A stretch of DNA of 32,000 nt from Candidatus Saccharimonadota bacterium (GCA_001790095.1 MGBH01000001.1:1020001-1052000); one strand, 5' to 3'; positions 17,036 to 26,439 are shown, counted from the first letter of the stretch. The notes: generated from the sequence alone by a model not told the origin. Made by a program: numbers and translations.

Positions 17036-17443
17036 ATGAATCTCATCATTTTTACAGACGGCGGCTCGCTTCATAATCCAGGAAAAGCGGCGTCCTCCTT
17101 CCTAATATATAACGGTAAAAAACTTCTTGATAGGGGGGCTAAACATATTGGTATTGCGTCAAATAACGTAGCAGAGTATACAGCGCTCATCCTTGCTCTT
17201 GAAAAGGTAAAAGACATTCAAAAAAAAGAATCAATAAAAACCATTACGTGCTACGCTGACTCAAACCTTATGGTTCAACAACTAAGAGGTGTGTACAAAA
17301 TTAAACACCCTGAGATGAAGAAGCTCAATGTAAGAATTAAGCTTCTTGAGATGGAGCTTGGTATTGTTCCCTCATATCATCATATCCCAAGAGAAAAAAA
17401 CGAGGAGGCGGATTTTTTAGTAAAAGAGGTTCTTTACTCCTGA
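17036..17443 (+). CDS. rnhA: ribonuclease HI
   Basis: The DEDD residues sit in context: IIFTDGGS, NNVAEYTALILALE, CYADSNLMVQQ, NEEADFLV. The ATG at 17036 is preferred over the TTG at 16997. Confidence 0.85.
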   Translation: MNLIIFTDGGSLHNPGKAASSFLIYNGKKLLDRGAKHIGIASNNVAEYTALILALEKVKDIQKKESIKTITCYADSNLMVQQLRGVYKIKHPEMKKLNVRIKLLEMELGIVPSYHHIPREKNEEADFLVKEVLYS

Positions 17444-18531
17444 ATGCGGACGGGCATAATTATATAGATAAAGTCTTTCCGCCCATCAACTCTAAAAACA
17501 ACAGGAGCGTCTGGTCTTAAAATCTCTATTACTATTCTTTTGTCTGTTATGTTGTTTAAAAGATCTAAGATAAATCGGTAATTGAACGCGACCGTCTGCT
17601 CTTCACCATTTATACTTGTTTCCAACTGAGTGCTATTATCTCTCCCCCCCTCTACCTTTGGTCTCATAATAAGACCGTTTTTTGAAAACTCACAGACCAC
17701 GATGTTTGATGCCTCTCTGGCAAATATTGAGACAAGTTTAATTTTTATCAGTAGCTCTTCCCTATCTAGTACACACGTCGTCTTCTTTTCGATAGGAATC
17801 ACCTTTTCAAAAGGAGGAAACTCTCCATCTATAAGCCGGGAATAAAAGCTATCTTCCTTTATCTTAAATAAAACGGTTTTTTCTTTTTCCGAATAAAAGA
17901 ATGAGACCGTTTCTTCTCCCTTAAAATACTTCAGTATTTCATAAAAAAAACCGCTTGGAATAAGCATTGAAGGAATTGTGTCTTCTTTTTTTGTTTTTAG
18001 GAGTGAGAGCCTGAAGCCGTCTGTTGAAACGATTCCCAGCTCTCCCTCCATATCTATAAAATTAACTGCATTTAGTGCGGGGCGAGACTCGTCTTTTGAT
18101 GCTGAAAACAACACAAGAGGGAGATTATTAAGGAAAAACCCTGTCTTTATCTGCTGCCCACTTTCTTTTATCTCTGGGGGGAGTGGAAACTCCTCTTGCT
18201 TTATATAGGGAAAGGTACCAACTGTTTTTCCTTGGGAAAAACGGATCTGGCTTTTCTCAATCTCAATATCTACGCTTTCCCCTTCAAGGAGGATTAAAAA
18301 CTCAACTATCTTTTTTGTATCAATAATTGCACTAAACCCCCCGTTTGTTTTAAAGGGGAGGTGTGAGTGATAATATGAGTTAAGGTTGGTTGAATATATG
18401 TGGATATTTTCACCATCCCCTTTTAGTAAAATTCCCCGAAGTGTTTCGTTTAAACCGAGTTTGTTTAATGTGAAACGAGAAGCTATGGTGAGTTTTTCCA
18501 AAAACAACCCCTTTTGTATTGTGTTTTTCAT
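17434..18531 (-). CDS. dnaN: DNA polymerase III beta sliding clamp
   Basis: 365 aa, immediately downstream of dnaA. Clamp-typical blocks: RPALNAVNF, TDGFRLS, YSRLIDGEFPPFEKVIP, VAFNYRFILD, PVVF. Confidence 0.9.
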   Translation of the reverse strand: MKNTIQKGLFLEKLTIASRFTLNKLGLNETLRGILLKGDGENIHIYSTNLNSYYHSHLPFKTNGGFSAIIDTKKIVEFLILLEGESVDIEIEKSQIRFSQGKTVGTFPYIKQEEFPLPPEIKESGQQIKTGFFLNNLPLVLFSASKDESRPALNAVNFIDMEGELGIVSTDGFRLSLLKTKKEDTIPSMLIPSGFFYEILKYFKGEETVSFFYSEKEKTVLFKIKEDSFYSRLIDGEFPPFEKVIPIEKKTTCVLDREELLIKIKLVSIFAREASNIVVCEFSKNGLIMRPKVEGGRDNSTQLETSINGEEQTVAFNYRFILDLLNNITDKRIVIEILRPDAPVVFRVDGRKDFIYIIMPVRIQE

Positions 18532-18656
18532 ACTTCTTATCTTATATTACTATCTATATAGTAGTATTAGAGCGTGTGTATAAGTGTATAAGATAGAGAT
18601 CACATTTTCAACACGCAATAAAAACGAAAAAAGCCCTGTTCATAGCGTGTGGATAC
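18532..18656. promoter_or_regulatory. candidate oriC segment (dnaA-dnaN intergenic): AT-rich unwinding-type stretch plus DnaA-box variants
   Basis: Positions 18532-18570 are about 18% GC by hand count. TGTGTATAA (18575-18583) is the reverse complement of TTATACACA and fits TTATNCACA. AGTGTATAA (18583-18591) matches 8/9. TGTGGATAC (18648-18656) matches 8/9. Confidence 0.6.
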
Positions 18657-19987
18657 TATGCTGATAGGGTTAGAGAATTTGTTATTCTATCAACCTCTTC
18701 CTTAAAGGCGGGGTTCTTAATAAGAAGACCCGCTATTTTTTCGCTTCCATGAAGAACAGTGGTGTGATCCTTTTTTTTAAGCATATAAGCTATTTCTTCA
18801 TATTTAAGTCCTAGCTCGCGTCTTAATAAAAACATAACTATTTGTCGGGGGAAGGCGATGTTTTCCGACCGATCGGGCCCCTTGATATGGGATTGTTTAA
18901 CGTTATAATAGGAGCAGACCGCCTTAATTATGTCTTGTGGGGTTATTTTAGTTTTTTTTTGTTCGTTTTTGGAACGAAAGAATTTTTCAATATCCTCAAG
19001 ATCAATTCCTTCTTTTTTACCAAGCGTTTTTGCATATATGGAGAGGAGCGTACCCTCAAGAGCGCGTGTATCTCCTACCTGTTCAGCGACAATTTTTGCC
19101 GCCTCCATAGATAGCTCAATTTCTTTTTCCTTGGCTTTTATAAGAAGGATCGCTGTGCGGAGTTCAAAATCAGGCGATTGGATGTCTACAATAAGGCCAC
19201 CGGAAAAACGAGACCGAAGACGATCTTCAAGGTTTTTAATTTCACTAGGTGGTCGGTCTGAGGTTAGGATAACTTGCCCGCCCGAGGACACAATCGTATT
19301 AAACGTATGAAAAAACTCTTCTTGAATGGTTTGTTTTCCCGCAATAAACTGAATATCATCAACCACTAAAATATTAAGATATCGGTATTTTTTTCGAAAG
19401 CGGGCGGTATTTTTTTCCTGTATAGCTTCAATAAGCTCATTGGTAAAACGGTCTCCCGGACAGAAATATACTTTGTTTTGGGGTTTTTTCTCCAACACCA
19501 CACGCGCTATAGATTGGGCAAGGTGGGTTTTTCCAACACCCACGCCTCCGTATAAAAACAAAGGGTTATAAGAGCTTCCCGGGCTTTTTGATACGGCCTG
19601 TGCCGCGGCGAAGGCAACATTGTTGGTTGAAGAAACCGCAAAGTTTTCAAAACGGTATTTAGCATGAAGGCCGGCCCTTACAAAGACATCTTCCATGGTT
19701 GGTTGAAAGGTAAGGAGGGGTTCTTGATGCTCTTTTTTTAGTTTCTTTTGCTTTACAACAATCTTGATAGATGTTTTTTTATGAAGATGGGCAGAAAGAC
19801 CCCTTTCTATTTCTTTTATCTTTTTTTCAAGGTAAAGCTTAACTCCTATATTTTCACAACCCAAAACAAACGCTTCGTCAGTTAGCTCAAGAGGGTAGAG
19901 TTGTTTTAAAAGAGATGGAATAACCGGCGATTTATCTTTGTCTTTTTCAAGGCTTTCCAAAAAACCCACCCAGACGGATTGTAACAT
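18656..19987 (-). CDS. dnaA: chromosomal replication initiator protein DnaA
   Basis: AAA+ Walker A LYGGVGVGKTHL, Walker B ILVVDDIQF, sensor region, and C-terminal DNA-binding domain (FPRQIVMFLLRRELGLKYEEIAYMLKKKDHTTVLHG). Confidence 0.95.
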   Translation of the reverse strand: MLQSVWVGFLESLEKDKDKSPVIPSLLKQLYPLELTDEAFVLGCENIGVKLYLEKKIKEIERGLSAHLHKKTSIKIVVKQKKLKKEHQEPLLTFQPTMEDVFVRAGLHAKYRFENFAVSSTNNVAFAAAQAVSKSPGSSYNPLFLYGGVGVGKTHLAQSIARVVLEKKPQNKVYFCPGDRFTNELIEAIQEKNTARFRKKYRYLNILVVDDIQFIAGKQTIQEEFFHTFNTIVSSGGQVILTSDRPPSEIKNLEDRLRSRFSGGLIVDIQSPDFELRTAILLIKAKEKEIELSMEAAKIVAEQVGDTRALEGTLLSIYAKTLGKKEGIDLEDIEKFFRSKNEQKKTKITPQDIIKAVCSYYNVKQSHIKGPDRSENIAFPRQIVMFLLRRELGLKYEEIAYMLKKKDHTTVLHGSEKIAGLLIKNPAFKEEVDRITNSLTLSA

Positions 19988-20003
19988 AGGGACAATTCTT
20001 TAT

Positions 20004-20022
20004 TGTGGATAACTTATCCACA
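20004..20022. promoter_or_regulatory. two perfect consensus DnaA boxes in inverted (palindromic) arrangement upstream of dnaA
   Basis: TGTGGATAA (20004-20012), C, then TTATCCACA (20014-20022). This lies 17 nt upstream of the dnaA start codon, at the point where gene orientation switches. Confidence 0.8.
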
Positions 20023-20086
20023 AATAATAAACATATAAACACTCTTTTACAAGGGGTATAGAGATGTCTTTTGATAGTATTATTAT

Positions 20087-20764
20087 ATGTTTGTACTGGA
20101 TATTCTTTTTCCGGTGCGCTGTTTAGGGTGCGGCTACTTAGGTGTATATATCTGTCCCTGTTGTGAAAAAAAACTACATACCGTTAATACCCAAGCCTGT
20201 ATTTACTGCAAGAAATCAAGCCTTTACGGTCTAACACACCCTATATGTAAAAGAAGAGGGGGTGTTGATGGGCACATAACACTTTTTTATTATGACAACA
20301 CGCTAAAAAAAATCATCAAAGGAATAAAATACTCTCTCACAACCGATGCGTGGGCCGACATGCTTCACATTATCACCAAGCAAGGAAGGTACGAGCTTTT
20401 GTTTTATAAAAATATAGCCAGGTTAAGAGCTCAACCCATTCCTCTTTCTGAGGGAAAAGAAAAAAAGCGGGGGTTTAACCAAGCAAAAATAATAACAAAC
20501 ACACTGTCCCTTCTTTTACAGATTAAAACAACCTCCCTCCTCAAAAGAAAACAGGATTCTCCCCCACAAGCTCAGATAAAAAGAGAAAACAGGTTTAAAA
20601 ATATAAAGGGGGCCTTTTATATAGATAAAGGTAAAAAAGCACACGACAATATTTTGATTGTTGACGACGTTGTAACAAGCGGTGCCACAGTAAAAGAAGC
20701 GGCAAGGGTTTTAAAACGGGCAGGAGCAAAGAAAGTATATGTCTTCTCGATTGCGAAAGGTTAG
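20087..20764 (+). CDS. comFC: ComF family protein (zinc-ribbon + PRTase fold)
   Basis: N-terminal CxxC...CxxC...CxxC (RCLGCG, CPCCEKK, CIYCKK) and C-terminal PRTase loop ILIVDDVVTSGATVKEAARVLKRAGAKKVYVFSIA. Confidence 0.85.
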   Translation: MFVLDILFPVRCLGCGYLGVYICPCCEKKLHTVNTQACIYCKKSSLYGLTHPICKRRGGVDGHITLFYYDNTLKKIIKGIKYSLTTDAWADMLHIITKQGRYELLFYKNIARLRAQPIPLSEGKEKKRGFNQAKIITNTLSLLLQIKTTSLLKRKQDSPPQAQIKRENRFKNIKGAFYIDKGKKAHDNILIVDDVVTSGATVKEAARVLKRAGAKKVYVFSIAKG

Positions 20765-20785
20765 ATAAGTTGATATCATGTGCGT

Positions 20786-21784
20786 ATGGCGCAGGAGCAA
20801 AAAATATACAAAGTGGAAGTATCAGCAAAAACGATTGTTTTTGCTGTCTTTTTTCTCCTTTTGCTAGCATTGCTTTGGGTGGTGCGCAACCTTATGCTTT
20901 CTTTGTTTATAGCATTCATTATTATGAGCGCTGTAAAACCGCCAGTTTTGTTTTTAGAACAAAGGAAGGTTCCTCGGCGGTTGGGCGTGCTTGGTATATT
21001 TATTCTTCTTATACTGTTTTTTAGCTTTTTGCTTGTTTGGGTTATCCCGCCCATTGTGAGTGAAACAGTTCTTTTACTTCGTCATCTTCCCTCAATGATA
21101 GGTGCAGTAAACCCCGCAATTATAGAGTATGTAAACCTTGATTCTCTTTCCCAGTATGTCCCCAACATAACAACCCAAGCAATACAAATCATACAAACAC
21201 TTTTTTCAAACGTCATGTTTGTAATGACCACTCTATTTTTTAGCATTTATTTAACTATTGAAGATGGCTTTGTTGAAAAAACACTTCTTCAGTTTTTTTC
21301 GGAAAAAGAAGCGCGCTCGGTTTCTGTCATATTGAAAAAAACAGAAAAAAGACTTGGTTCTTGGCTTTTAGGTGAGTTGTTTTTGATGTTGATTGTTGGC
21401 TTTCTAACTTATATTGGATTGACACTTATCGGTGTGCGATATGCACTCCCCCTTTCTATTATCGCAGGCCTACTTGAGGTGGTGCCAAACATCGGTCCAA
21501 CCGTATCAACTATCCCAGCCTTCATTGTTGCAATAGCCCAGTCATACTTTCTTGGGTTTGCTTCAATTGCCCTCTATTTTATTATTCAACAACTAGAAAA
21601 CAATCTTATTGTCCCCTACGTTATGAAAAAAGCTATTGGCCTCAATCCAATAGTTACTCTCATCTCCCTTATTGTTGGGGGGCAGCTTTTTGGAATCTTG
21701 GGGATCATATTGTCAATCCCTCTCACCCTCTTTCTTGAAACCCTCCTTGTTGAGGTTTTAAACACAAAACAACAAACAGCTTAA
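20786..21784 (+). CDS. AI-2E family (PerM/UPF0118) transporter
   Basis: Polytopic, with the family-typical LLEVVPNIGPTVSTIPAFIVA and QQLENNLIVPYVMKK blocks. The ATG at 20786 is preferred over the GTG at 20780. Confidence 0.8.
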   Translation: MAQEQKIYKVEVSAKTIVFAVFFLLLLALLWVVRNLMLSLFIAFIIMSAVKPPVLFLEQRKVPRRLGVLGIFILLILFFSFLLVWVIPPIVSETVLLLRHLPSMIGAVNPAIIEYVNLDSLSQYVPNITTQAIQIIQTLFSNVMFVMTTLFFSIYLTIEDGFVEKTLLQFFSEKEARSVSVILKKTEKRLGSWLLGELFLMLIVGFLTYIGLTLIGVRYALPLSIIAGLLEVVPNIGPTVSTIPAFIVAIAQSYFLGFASIALYFIIQQLENNLIVPYVMKKAIGLNPIVTLISLIVGGQLFGILGIILSIPLTLFLETLLVEVLNTKQQTA

Positions 21785-21788
21785 AAAT

Positions 21789-23072
21789 ATGAAAATTGTC
21801 ATTTTAGGCGGCGGTCTCACGGGGTTAACTGCGGCCTATGAACTTTCGAGTAAACACGAGGTTGTCTTATTAGAAAAAGAAAACATGCTTGGCGGCCTGG
21901 CATCGGGCTTTAAGGGAGGGGGTTGGAATTGGTTTTTAGAAAGGACCTATCACCACGTATTTTCAAACGATACAGACATCTTGGGGTTTGCAAAAAAAGT
22001 AGGATTTACCGGTTTTTTTACTAAAAGTCCCCAGACGGTTTCGCTCTACAATGATAAAAATAATTACCGCACATTTTCCGTAGATACACCGCAAGACTTT
22101 CTTAGGTTCCCCCTTCTAAGCATTCCCGAGAAGATTAGGTCGGGTGCAGTGTTGGCGTTTTTAAAACTCTCACCCGCTCTTTCATCATTTGAAAGACAAA
22201 CAGCCGCTGAGTTCTTAAAAAAATCTATGGGGGAGCGTGTTTGGAGTGTGTTGTGGGAAGAGCTTTTTCGGAAAAAGTTCGGTAAAAATGCGGAAAATAT
22301 ATTAGCCTCATTTATCTGGGCAAGAATAAAAAAAAGGACAAAGAACCTTTGCTATGTAGAGGGGGGATTTCAAGCCTTTGTTGAATTCTTAAGAAAAAAA
22401 AACATAGAGCGGGGTGTGGTAATAAAGACGGGGTCAACTATACATAAAATTCACAAAAGCACCAAATTCGAGGTTTCATTTAGTAGCCGTGAAAAAGGGG
22501 AAGAGAGGGGGAGTTTTGACGCGGTTCTTTCAACCCTTCCAACGCCTGTTTTTTTAAACATAAGCCGCCACCAGCTACCAGACAACTATGTGAGGCGTCT
22601 TGCCGGTATAACGTATTTACATGCGGTAAGCCTTATACTTGAAGCAGAGAGACCCCTCTTTGACACAGAGTATTGGGTGAGCATGTGTGATAAAAAAGCA
22701 CCCATGATGGTGTTAGTACAACACACAAACTTTATTGACAAAAAAAACTATAATAATCACCACATACTTTATATAGCAAACTATGTAGAAGAGGAGAATC
22801 CTCTTTTACAAATGACACAGAAAGAGGTAGAGGATTATCACGTTCCGTATTTACAAAAGATTAAGGCGGGATTTTCATTCTCAAATTCGTTTCTTTTCCG
22901 AGCTCCTTTTGCACAGCCTATTTATAATAGGGAGTTTCCCAAAAACATGCCAACGCTTGAGACACCGGTCAAAAATCTTTTTATTGCCAATCTTGATATG
23001 ACGTATCCGTTTGATCGAGGGACTAATTATGCGGTACAACTTGGAAAAAAGGCGGCCTCGTGTATGGTATAA
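21789..23072 (+). CDS. FAD-dependent oxidoreductase, Rossmann GxGxxG type (amine oxidase / protoporphyrinogen oxidase / UDP-galactopyranose mutase-like superfamily)
   Basis: MKIVILGGGLTGLTAAYEL...VVLLEKENMLGGLA dinucleotide-binding motif, 427 aa. Starts 4 nt after the AI-2E gene. The subfamily cannot be resolved by eye. Confidence 0.7.
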   Translation: MKIVILGGGLTGLTAAYELSSKHEVVLLEKENMLGGLASGFKGGGWNWFLERTYHHVFSNDTDILGFAKKVGFTGFFTKSPQTVSLYNDKNNYRTFSVDTPQDFLRFPLLSIPEKIRSGAVLAFLKLSPALSSFERQTAAEFLKKSMGERVWSVLWEELFRKKFGKNAENILASFIWARIKKRTKNLCYVEGGFQAFVEFLRKKNIERGVVIKTGSTIHKIHKSTKFEVSFSSREKGEERGSFDAVLSTLPTPVFLNISRHQLPDNYVRRLAGITYLHAVSLILEAERPLFDTEYWVSMCDKKAPMMVLVQHTNFIDKKNYNNHHILYIANYVEEENPLLQMTQKEVEDYHVPYLQKIKAGFSFSNSFLFRAPFAQPIYNREFPKNMPTLETPVKNLFIANLDMTYPFDRGTNYAVQLGKKAASCMV

Positions 23073-23089
23073 TAAATAACACATTTGAA

Positions 23090-23163
23090 CGGAGCGTAGT
23101 TCAGATGGCTAGAACGTACGCTTTGGGAGCGTAAGGTCGCGAGTTCAAGTCTCGCCGCTCCGA
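23090..23163 (+). tRNA. tRNA-Pro (anticodon UGG)
   Basis: 74-nt cloverleaf: CGGAGCG TA GTTC AGATGGCTA GAAC G TACGC TTTGGGA GCGTA AGGTC GCGAG TTCAAGT CTCGC CGCTCCG A. The D-arm is identical to that of tRNA-Pro(GGG). No encoded CCA. Confidence 0.9.
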
Positions 23164-23179
23164 CAAGAAAAGAGAAGGT

Positions 23180-24361
23180 ATGAAAGCACCCCAAAATAGT
23201 CTTCTTATTCAAGCTGTCGGTTTGTTTATTCTTCTCAACTGTGTTCTCTACGTCTTTATGTTTTTGTTTTACCACAAAATACCCCTCAATAGAGTTGGTT
23301 ATTTCAGAGACGCTCACCATTATCTTCAGGATACAAGAATAGATGGAAAACGCTTTGATTTTATAAGGGCGCTTAATCAATATGACGGACAATGGTACAT
23401 CCGTATTGCGGAAAAAGGTTACCCAAAAAATCCTCGCATAACAAGTCTTAATAGAAAAGACGTAATGGATGGGTTAGCTTATGGTTTTTTTCCCCTTTAC
23501 CCCCTTGTGCTTTATATGATCAACTGGCTTATGGGCAATAGCGAACTAACTGCTTTTATTGTAGCAAACACATTGCTACTCATTGATTATATTTTTTTAT
23601 ATAAACTAATAGCTAGGTTGGAGGGGGAGGGGGTAGCTTTCAAAACAGGTCTTTTGTTGTTTTTTTTCCCTTTTTCGATATATTTTAGGGGGTACTATGC
23701 CGAGAACCTGTATTTACTATTTTTACTGATATTTGTATATTTTCTAACAAAAAAAGAACACGTAAAAGCGGCTGTTTCGCTTTCACTTGCTAATATAACT
23801 CGGGGGGTTGGATTTCTTGTCAGTCTGTATTTTTTGTATATATGTGTTAAACGCAAAATACCGATAAAAAAAACCATAGTTATATGTGGAATTCTTATCC
23901 TTCCGTTTGCAATATGGGCAATCTATAACATGCAGCAAACAGGCAACCCCCTTTACTTTCTTACTGTTCGAAGCGCCTATTATCAAGACAAAAAAACCGT
24001 TTCTTTACTTGCGCCCCTTTATTTTGTCTCACTTCAGTTTCTTCAAATCATCACTCCTCCAAAGTTTTTACTACAAAGCGTTGGATCGATTCTACTACTT
24101 AGCAATCTATTATTATTGGTCATCTCAAAAAAAACAATAAATCAATCATTGTGGTGGATTTGGCTCTGTCTTGTGGGAGGAGTGTTGTTTTCAACAGGCG
24201 CAGTGTGGGGTTGGGGAAGATATATGATTGTAATATTCCCTCTCTTTTATTTTGTTGGGAAAAAATTAAATAGGCTATGGTTTATTTTTTTGTTTACCAT
24301 AGAGCTTATATTGTTATTTTTTACATCGTTATTTTTTATCAACTGGCACTTTTTAGGTTAA
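23180..24361 (+). CDS. polytopic membrane glycosyltransferase, GT-C fold, PIG-V-like mannosyltransferase family (paralog of 10789..11955)
   Basis: YDGQWYIRIAEKGY...YGFFPLYPLVLY motif after TM1, multiple TM segments, and a good purine-rich RBS (AGAGAAGG) before the ATG. Confidence 0.6.
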   Translation: MKAPQNSLLIQAVGLFILLNCVLYVFMFLFYHKIPLNRVGYFRDAHHYLQDTRIDGKRFDFIRALNQYDGQWYIRIAEKGYPKNPRITSLNRKDVMDGLAYGFFPLYPLVLYMINWLMGNSELTAFIVANTLLLIDYIFLYKLIARLEGEGVAFKTGLLLFFFPFSIYFRGYYAENLYLLFLLIFVYFLTKKEHVKAAVSLSLANITRGVGFLVSLYFLYICVKRKIPIKKTIVICGILILPFAIWAIYNMQQTGNPLYFLTVRSAYYQDKKTVSLLAPLYFVSLQFLQIITPPKFLLQSVGSILLLSNLLLLVISKKTINQSLWWIWLCLVGGVLFSTGAVWGWGRYMIVIFPLFYFVGKKLNRLWFIFLFTIELILLFFTSLFFINWHFLG

Positions 24362-24365
24362 GCGT

Positions 24366-25829
24366 ATGAAGATAAAACCCAAACAGTTGTCAATATTTCT
24401 TATTTTGTTTTTTGTGGTTGTTTATTGGACCAAGGGCTTTATGGTACCTGATCCTGATCTGGGCTGGCACATAAAAACAGGGGAGTATATTTTAAAATAC
24501 GGAATTCCAAAAACCGATCCGTTTTCCTTCACCATGTCCAACTATCCATATATCAATCATAGTTGGCTGTCGAGCGTTGTGATATATCTGTTGTTTATAT
24601 CTGTGAGGTTAAGGGGTCTTTCTTTCTTTTTTGCTTTGGTTGCTGTTGCGGCGGTTCTTATCCAACACCGAGCATCAAAAAACAAAAGTTTTTTGCCGCT
24701 TTTTTTCTCATTATTTGTAATGCTTTCCTTTTCGGGAATAAGGTCGCAGGTATTTACCTGGTTGTTTTTTTCATTAGAGCTCATATTTTTATATCGAGGG
24801 ATTAAAGATAAAAACAATCTTCTTTATCTCGTACCCCTCACGTTTTTGTGGGTAAACATGCATGGGGGTTTTTCTTTGGGGATTATAACCTATGTCGTAT
24901 ATACGATATGGTTCATAGTAAAAAGAAGGGGGGCTTTCTTTTACTACACACTTCTTTTATTTGTTGTTGTTTTTATCACGATGTTTAACCCATATGGAAT
25001 AGGTATTTGGAGGGAGGTGTTTTCAACGGTTGGCAGTATTCCGCTACATTTTTCAATACGCGAATGGCTTCCTGCTATATATTTTATCCATTTGCCCTTC
25101 TGGTTTTACACAGGGCTTTGTACAGCCCTGTTTATTTTATATGTGAAAAAATTAAACCCCTTTACCGCTCTAATAAACACTTTTTTGTTTATAAGCGCAT
25201 TCATAAGCATAAGAAACATACCTCTATGGATGATTTCTTCGTTTGTTCTTTGGGATTACTCTACAAGCCTTCTTATCAAAGATATATTTAAAAACAAAAA
25301 AAACGCCGTCTTGTTTAACAAAGCACAAAAGGTCTTTATGATTGTACTTATCCTTATCTCTACGATACAAAGCGCGATATATATATCAAGTAGCTACTCA
25401 TCAAAAGAAGAAAAAATCTATCCAACAAAAGCTATCCTATATATGAAAGATAAAAACATAAGGGGAAATGTGTTTTCTCTCTATGGTTGGGGAGGATACC
25501 TTTTATGGAAAGTGCCAGGAGTAAAAACGTTTATTGATGGAAGAATGCCCGTATGGGCGTGGAAACAAAAAGATCCAAGATATAGCGATTTTGCCTATGG
25601 TGAGTATTTAGATTTATTGAATCAAAAAATACCGTTTGAAAAAGCGGTTAATAAATATCATATTGCATATGTCTTGTATCCGACCCCTCCCTCTTCCACA
25701 AAGGGCTTTTGGTCACAGATCGAGAAAAAACTAAGGGTGTTGTTTGGCCAGCGAGATGAGATGAAAAACCCGTTTCAAAAATTTAAAAAAATATATGAGG
25801 ACGATGTTGCCACTCTTTACTCCCTATAA
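24366..25829 (+). CDS. polytopic membrane protein with C-terminal extracytoplasmic domain, putative GT-C-type glycosyltransferase
   Basis: Starts 4 nt after the previous GT-C gene. A DPD motif (24450-24458) directly follows TM1, as in GT-C first loops. It has about 10 TM segments and then a ~140-aa soluble tail. No confident family assignment. Confidence 0.45.
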   Translation: MKIKPKQLSIFLILFFVVVYWTKGFMVPDPDLGWHIKTGEYILKYGIPKTDPFSFTMSNYPYINHSWLSSVVIYLLFISVRLRGLSFFFALVAVAAVLIQHRASKNKSFLPLFFSLFVMLSFSGIRSQVFTWLFFSLELIFLYRGIKDKNNLLYLVPLTFLWVNMHGGFSLGIITYVVYTIWFIVKRRGAFFYYTLLLFVVVFITMFNPYGIGIWREVFSTVGSIPLHFSIREWLPAIYFIHLPFWFYTGLCTALFILYVKKLNPFTALINTFLFISAFISIRNIPLWMISSFVLWDYSTSLLIKDIFKNKKNAVLFNKAQKVFMIVLILISTIQSAIYISSSYSSKEEKIYPTKAILYMKDKNIRGNVFSLYGWGGYLLWKVPGVKTFIDGRMPVWAWKQKDPRYSDFAYGEYLDLLNQKIPFEKAVNKYHIAYVLYPTPPSSTKGFWSQIEKKLRVLFGQRDEMKNPFQKFKKIYEDDVATLYSL

Positions 25830-26429
25830 AACAGGGAGCCCACCAAAATCAGCAACTTTTATGTCCTTATAACGTGTGTTTTTTTTCAGGGCGGGTTTTC
25901 CTTCATGTTCAATCACATAATAAGCAAACCCTCTCATTTGTCTTACTAATTGATAGTCTGCGTGTCCAGGTAAACTAACAGGGTCTTTTTCTTCAAAGTT
26001 GACCGGACTATCATCGGCTGTTGCAAAATAGGTTGCGCCGGTATTTGCCACAAGGTGGCCATATCCTTCAGGCATATATATCTTATCTCCTGTCTTAACT
26101 ACAATCGCCCTGAACTCTTCAACAGCGTCAGGGATCATTTTACCAGTACTATCAAGCGCAAGTTTTTGTAAAAGAGCGACACCTTCCCCATGTATAATCC
26201 AATATGTTTCATCGAGTTTTCCCACGTGATAGTGTCCATACGTTTTTATGTATTCGTTAGATATGGTGCCTGGTTCCCAGACAGTGATGTTGCGCTGAGA
26301 AGACCCACCGCGAATCATATAGTAATGGATGCTTGGACCAATTCCTGAGGGGTCCATCAACACCTCCTTCATTTTTTCATGAGTCCGGGCGGCATAGTGT
26401 TTGGAAACAAAAGAAAAATCAACATTCAT
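25824..26429 (-). CDS. cupin-type (archaeal-type) glucose-6-phosphate isomerase
   Basis: TYGHYHVGKLDETYWIIHGEGVALLQ, IYMPEGYGHLVANTG and PGHADY align with the Pyrococcus cPGI blocks TKGHFHAKLDRAEVYVALKGKGGMLLQ, VYVPPYWAHRTVNIG and AGHDY. All four metal ligands (H, H, E, H) are conserved. Confidence 0.8.
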   Translation of the reverse strand: MNVDFSFVSKHYAARTHEKMKEVLMDPSGIGPSIHYYMIRGGSSQRNITVWEPGTISNEYIKTYGHYHVGKLDETYWIIHGEGVALLQKLALDSTGKMIPDAVEEFRAIVVKTGDKIYMPEGYGHLVANTGATYFATADDSPVNFEEKDPVSLPGHADYQLVRQMRGFAYYVIEHEGKPALKKNTRYKDIKVADFGGLPVL

Positions 26430-26439
26430 ATACTTTATG

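Noticed and set aside
13000-17443. T4CP-like ATPase plus Xer-like recombinase plus RNase H, considered as a remnant integrative conjugative element.
   Set aside because: I found no flanking direct repeats, relaxase, VirB4 or other transfer genes. The recombinase lacks its nucleophile. The genes are tightly packed among housekeeping genes next to oriC. The evidence is insufficient for a mobile-element call.
23090-23163. tRNA-Pro(UGG) inside the glycan cluster, considered as a genomic-island integration site.
   Set aside because: I did not see a duplicated copy of the tRNA 3' end downstream, and no integrase gene is adjacent. The 21-nt identity with the other tRNA-Pro at 6290..6363 is just the shared D-arm region.
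23027-23392. ORFs overlapping tRNA genes: 23027..23392, 6262..6450, 11800..12006 and 30483..30665.
   Set aside because: They read through hand-folded tRNA cloverleaves, for example translating the tRNA as GRLELPTLRP or AARLELATLRS. They are spurious.
25248-25262. LWDYS in the 487-aa membrane protein, which resembles the WWDYG motif of STT3/PglB oligosaccharyltransferases.
   Set aside because: Only the WDY tripeptide matches. The protein is much shorter than known OSTs, and the motif sits between TM segments rather than at the start of a large periplasmic domain. It could easily be chance, so it is left as a pointer for HMM testing only.
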